From Vulcanimicrobiota bacterium (GTDB lineage Bacteria; Vulcanimicrobiota; Vulcanimicrobiia; Vulcanimicrobiales; Vulcanimicrobiaceae): a stretch of DNA of 64,000 nt. Location of the stretch: contig CAWGBN010000009.1 in assembly GCA_963820825.1 (NCBI GenBank), positions 32,001 through 96,000 on the forward strand, written 5' to 3'. Positions 62,587 through 64,000 of this stretch are shown here, one piece after another. Made by a program: the position numbers and the translations under genes. Under the pieces are notes generated by a model. That model worked only from the letters and a program-made list of their open reading frames with translations. It had not been told where the DNA came from and made no database searches. Numbering within the stretch: the first letter of the stretch is position 1; every line of letters begins with the position of its first letter.

Positions 62587-63890
62587 GGCGTGGACTCCTT
62601 CTGCGGAGTGGTCGCGACCAAATCGACGACCACGGGTTTGCCGAGATAGCGACGCACGACGTCGGCGACGTACTGCGGATCGAGCGAGCGCGCCGTCTGC
62701 TCGTAGGAACCTTTGGTAATGCCGGGCGCGTAAGCGAGACTGCCCTCGACGGTATACCAGCCGAGATTGTCGGCGCGTTGTTGCGGGGTCTGCGTGTCGG
62801 CGGCGACGTGATAGAGAAAGGCCTCGCGGGCCGCGTCGAACGTCTGCCGGTCCATCGGTTGCTGCAGAGCCGAGAGCGATTCGAGCACGCGCTGCTCGGC
62901 CTGTTTTTCGTGATCGCCCCCGATGGTCACGAGCATCACGCCCGGGTCGTGAAGGGTGATGAACTGTCCGACGACGAGCGCGGTGCTCTGCGACTTATCG
63001 AGAGCGCTGGTAACGACGCCGGTCTGCTCCCGAAAGAGATAGTCGGCGATAAAATCGAGCGCGGTTGCGGCTTTCTGGTCGGCGATCGGCGGGCCGATCC
63101 ACGCCAGACCAACGCCGTCGACCGAACCCGTGCTCGTGCTCGATGCGGGGGCCGCGGCGAGCGTGGAGTCGTACGGGTGATCCATCGAGCCCGACCCGCT
63201 ACCGTCGGTGACCGCGGCGACGCTCGTCGCGTCGACGTTTCCGGTCAACGTGAGCACCGCGTTCTCCGCGCGGAATGCGCGTTTGGCGAAGTCGCCGACT
63301 TGCTTCGCGGAGATGCTGGTGAGCTGCGAAACCGAGGTCGGCAGCGGCGGATAGTGTTCGGGACCGCCGGCGAAGATCTGCGCGAAGAGCAGATCGTGCA
63401 GCGTCGTATCCGATTCGTAGCGCTGCTGCACGCCGAGGACGGCCGCATTCGCGCGCGCGGTTTTTACCGCGGTCTCGTCAACGGACGGAGCGAAATATGC
63501 GGCGGTCATCGCGGCCACGACGCGCCGCGCCGACGATGCGGGAACGATGGCCGCAATTCCGACGATATCCGGATAGACCTGGATATTGAGTTGGCCGCCG
63601 AGGGTGTGGACCAATGCGTAGAGCGACCTTCCGCTCGCGAGCGGCGAGATCGCCGCCGCCGTCGCGGCTAAGTTCGAAATGCCGGGCGTTGCGTTGTCGT
63701 ATCCCGCGCCCGGCGCGCGGAACCAGAGACCGATGGCGGCCGTTCCGACCGTCGGGTCGGGATCGAGAATGTAGGAACCGCCGCGCGGGAGCGGGCTGAG
63801 CTCTTGCATCGCCGCAGCCGCCGGGGACGGGACCAAGCCAAACGATGCGATGCCAAGCACCGCAGCCGCGAGCGCCGCTCGAATCATCAC
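62583..63890 (-). CDS. Secreted M16 (insulinase) family homologue, lacks HXXEH
   Basis: Signal peptide, LWFRA, PGISNLAA, F.AENAVLTLTG.V, V..VVRRYL. Confidence 0.72.
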   Translation of the reverse strand: MMIRAALAAAVLGIASFGLVPSPAAAAMQELSPLPRGGSYILDPDPTVGTAAIGLWFRAPGAGYDNATPGISNLAATAAAISPLASGRSLYALVHTLGGQLNIQVYPDIVGIAAIVPASSARRVVAAMTAAYFAPSVDETAVKTARANAAVLGVQQRYESDTTLHDLLFAQIFAGGPEHYPPLPTSVSQLTSISAKQVGDFAKRAFRAENAVLTLTGNVDATSVAAVTDGSGSGSMDHPYDSTLAAAPASSTSTGSVDGVGLAWIGPPIADQKAATALDFIADYLFREQTGVVTSALDKSQSTALVVGQFITLHDPGVMLVTIGGDHEKQAEQRVLESLSALQQPMDRQTFDAAREAFLYHVAADTQTPQQRADNLGWYTVEGSLAYAPGITKGSYEQTARSLDPQYVADVVRRYLGKPVVVDLVATTPQKESTP

Positions 63891-64000
63891 GCGGGTTCCG
63901 GCGATATCTTCGGCGGCAGACGCGACGGCTTTTCGGCGCGCTTCGTCTCTTCGGCGACCGGACGCTCCGGCGGGGACTCCGCCGACGCCGTGGTGCCGGG
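63887..64000 (-). CDS. C-terminal low-complexity tail of a gene entering from outside the window
   Basis: Open frame ..SRLPPKISPEPA* whose TGA overlaps the next GTG start. Confidence 0.45.
   Translation of the reverse strand, partial: PGTTASAESPPERPVAEETKRAEKPSRLPPKISPEPA

Noticed and set aside
63887..64000. Naming the truncated edge gene (e.g. ftsH)
   Set aside because: Only 37 low-complexity residues are visible, not enough for identification

Overview
GC-rich bacterial chromosome segment, mostly on the minus strand, with about 68 genes and no rRNA, tRNA, CRISPR array, transposase or phage genes. The housekeeping gene order is Terrabacteria-like (rimP-nusA-ylxR-infB-rbfA-nrnA-truB-ribF; accC-nusB-xseAB-tlyA-nadK-recN; 3D-domain gene-rsmA; a Gram-positive-type LexA box), yet outer-membrane machinery is present (beta-barrel porins, ExbB/ExbD/TonB). 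This suggests a diderm Terrabacteria lineage such as Vulcanimicrobiota/Eremiobacterota (inference only). Main points of interest: (1) two tandem paralogous stalk-domain porin genes, one behind phoB-phoR-pstB with a Pho-box-like array and the other heading a sulfate ABC operon with its own operator; (2) FolK fused to a BCCP-like domain lacking the biotinylated lysine, directly upstream of accC; (3) three core genes (rho, accC, ylxR) that seem to start at CTG, ATC and ATA; (4) a candidate ~205-nt structured sRNA upstream of rimP; (5) a perfect SOS box before an RNase-H-like pseudo-enzyme and an alkylpurine glycosylase; (6) a Zn-finger, possibly membrane-anchored Clp ATPase without ClpP loop or M-domain; (7) a multi-TonB cluster; (8) two secreted, catalytically dead M16 homologues. 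Frameshifts in truB, ribF and mpg are probably assembly errors.
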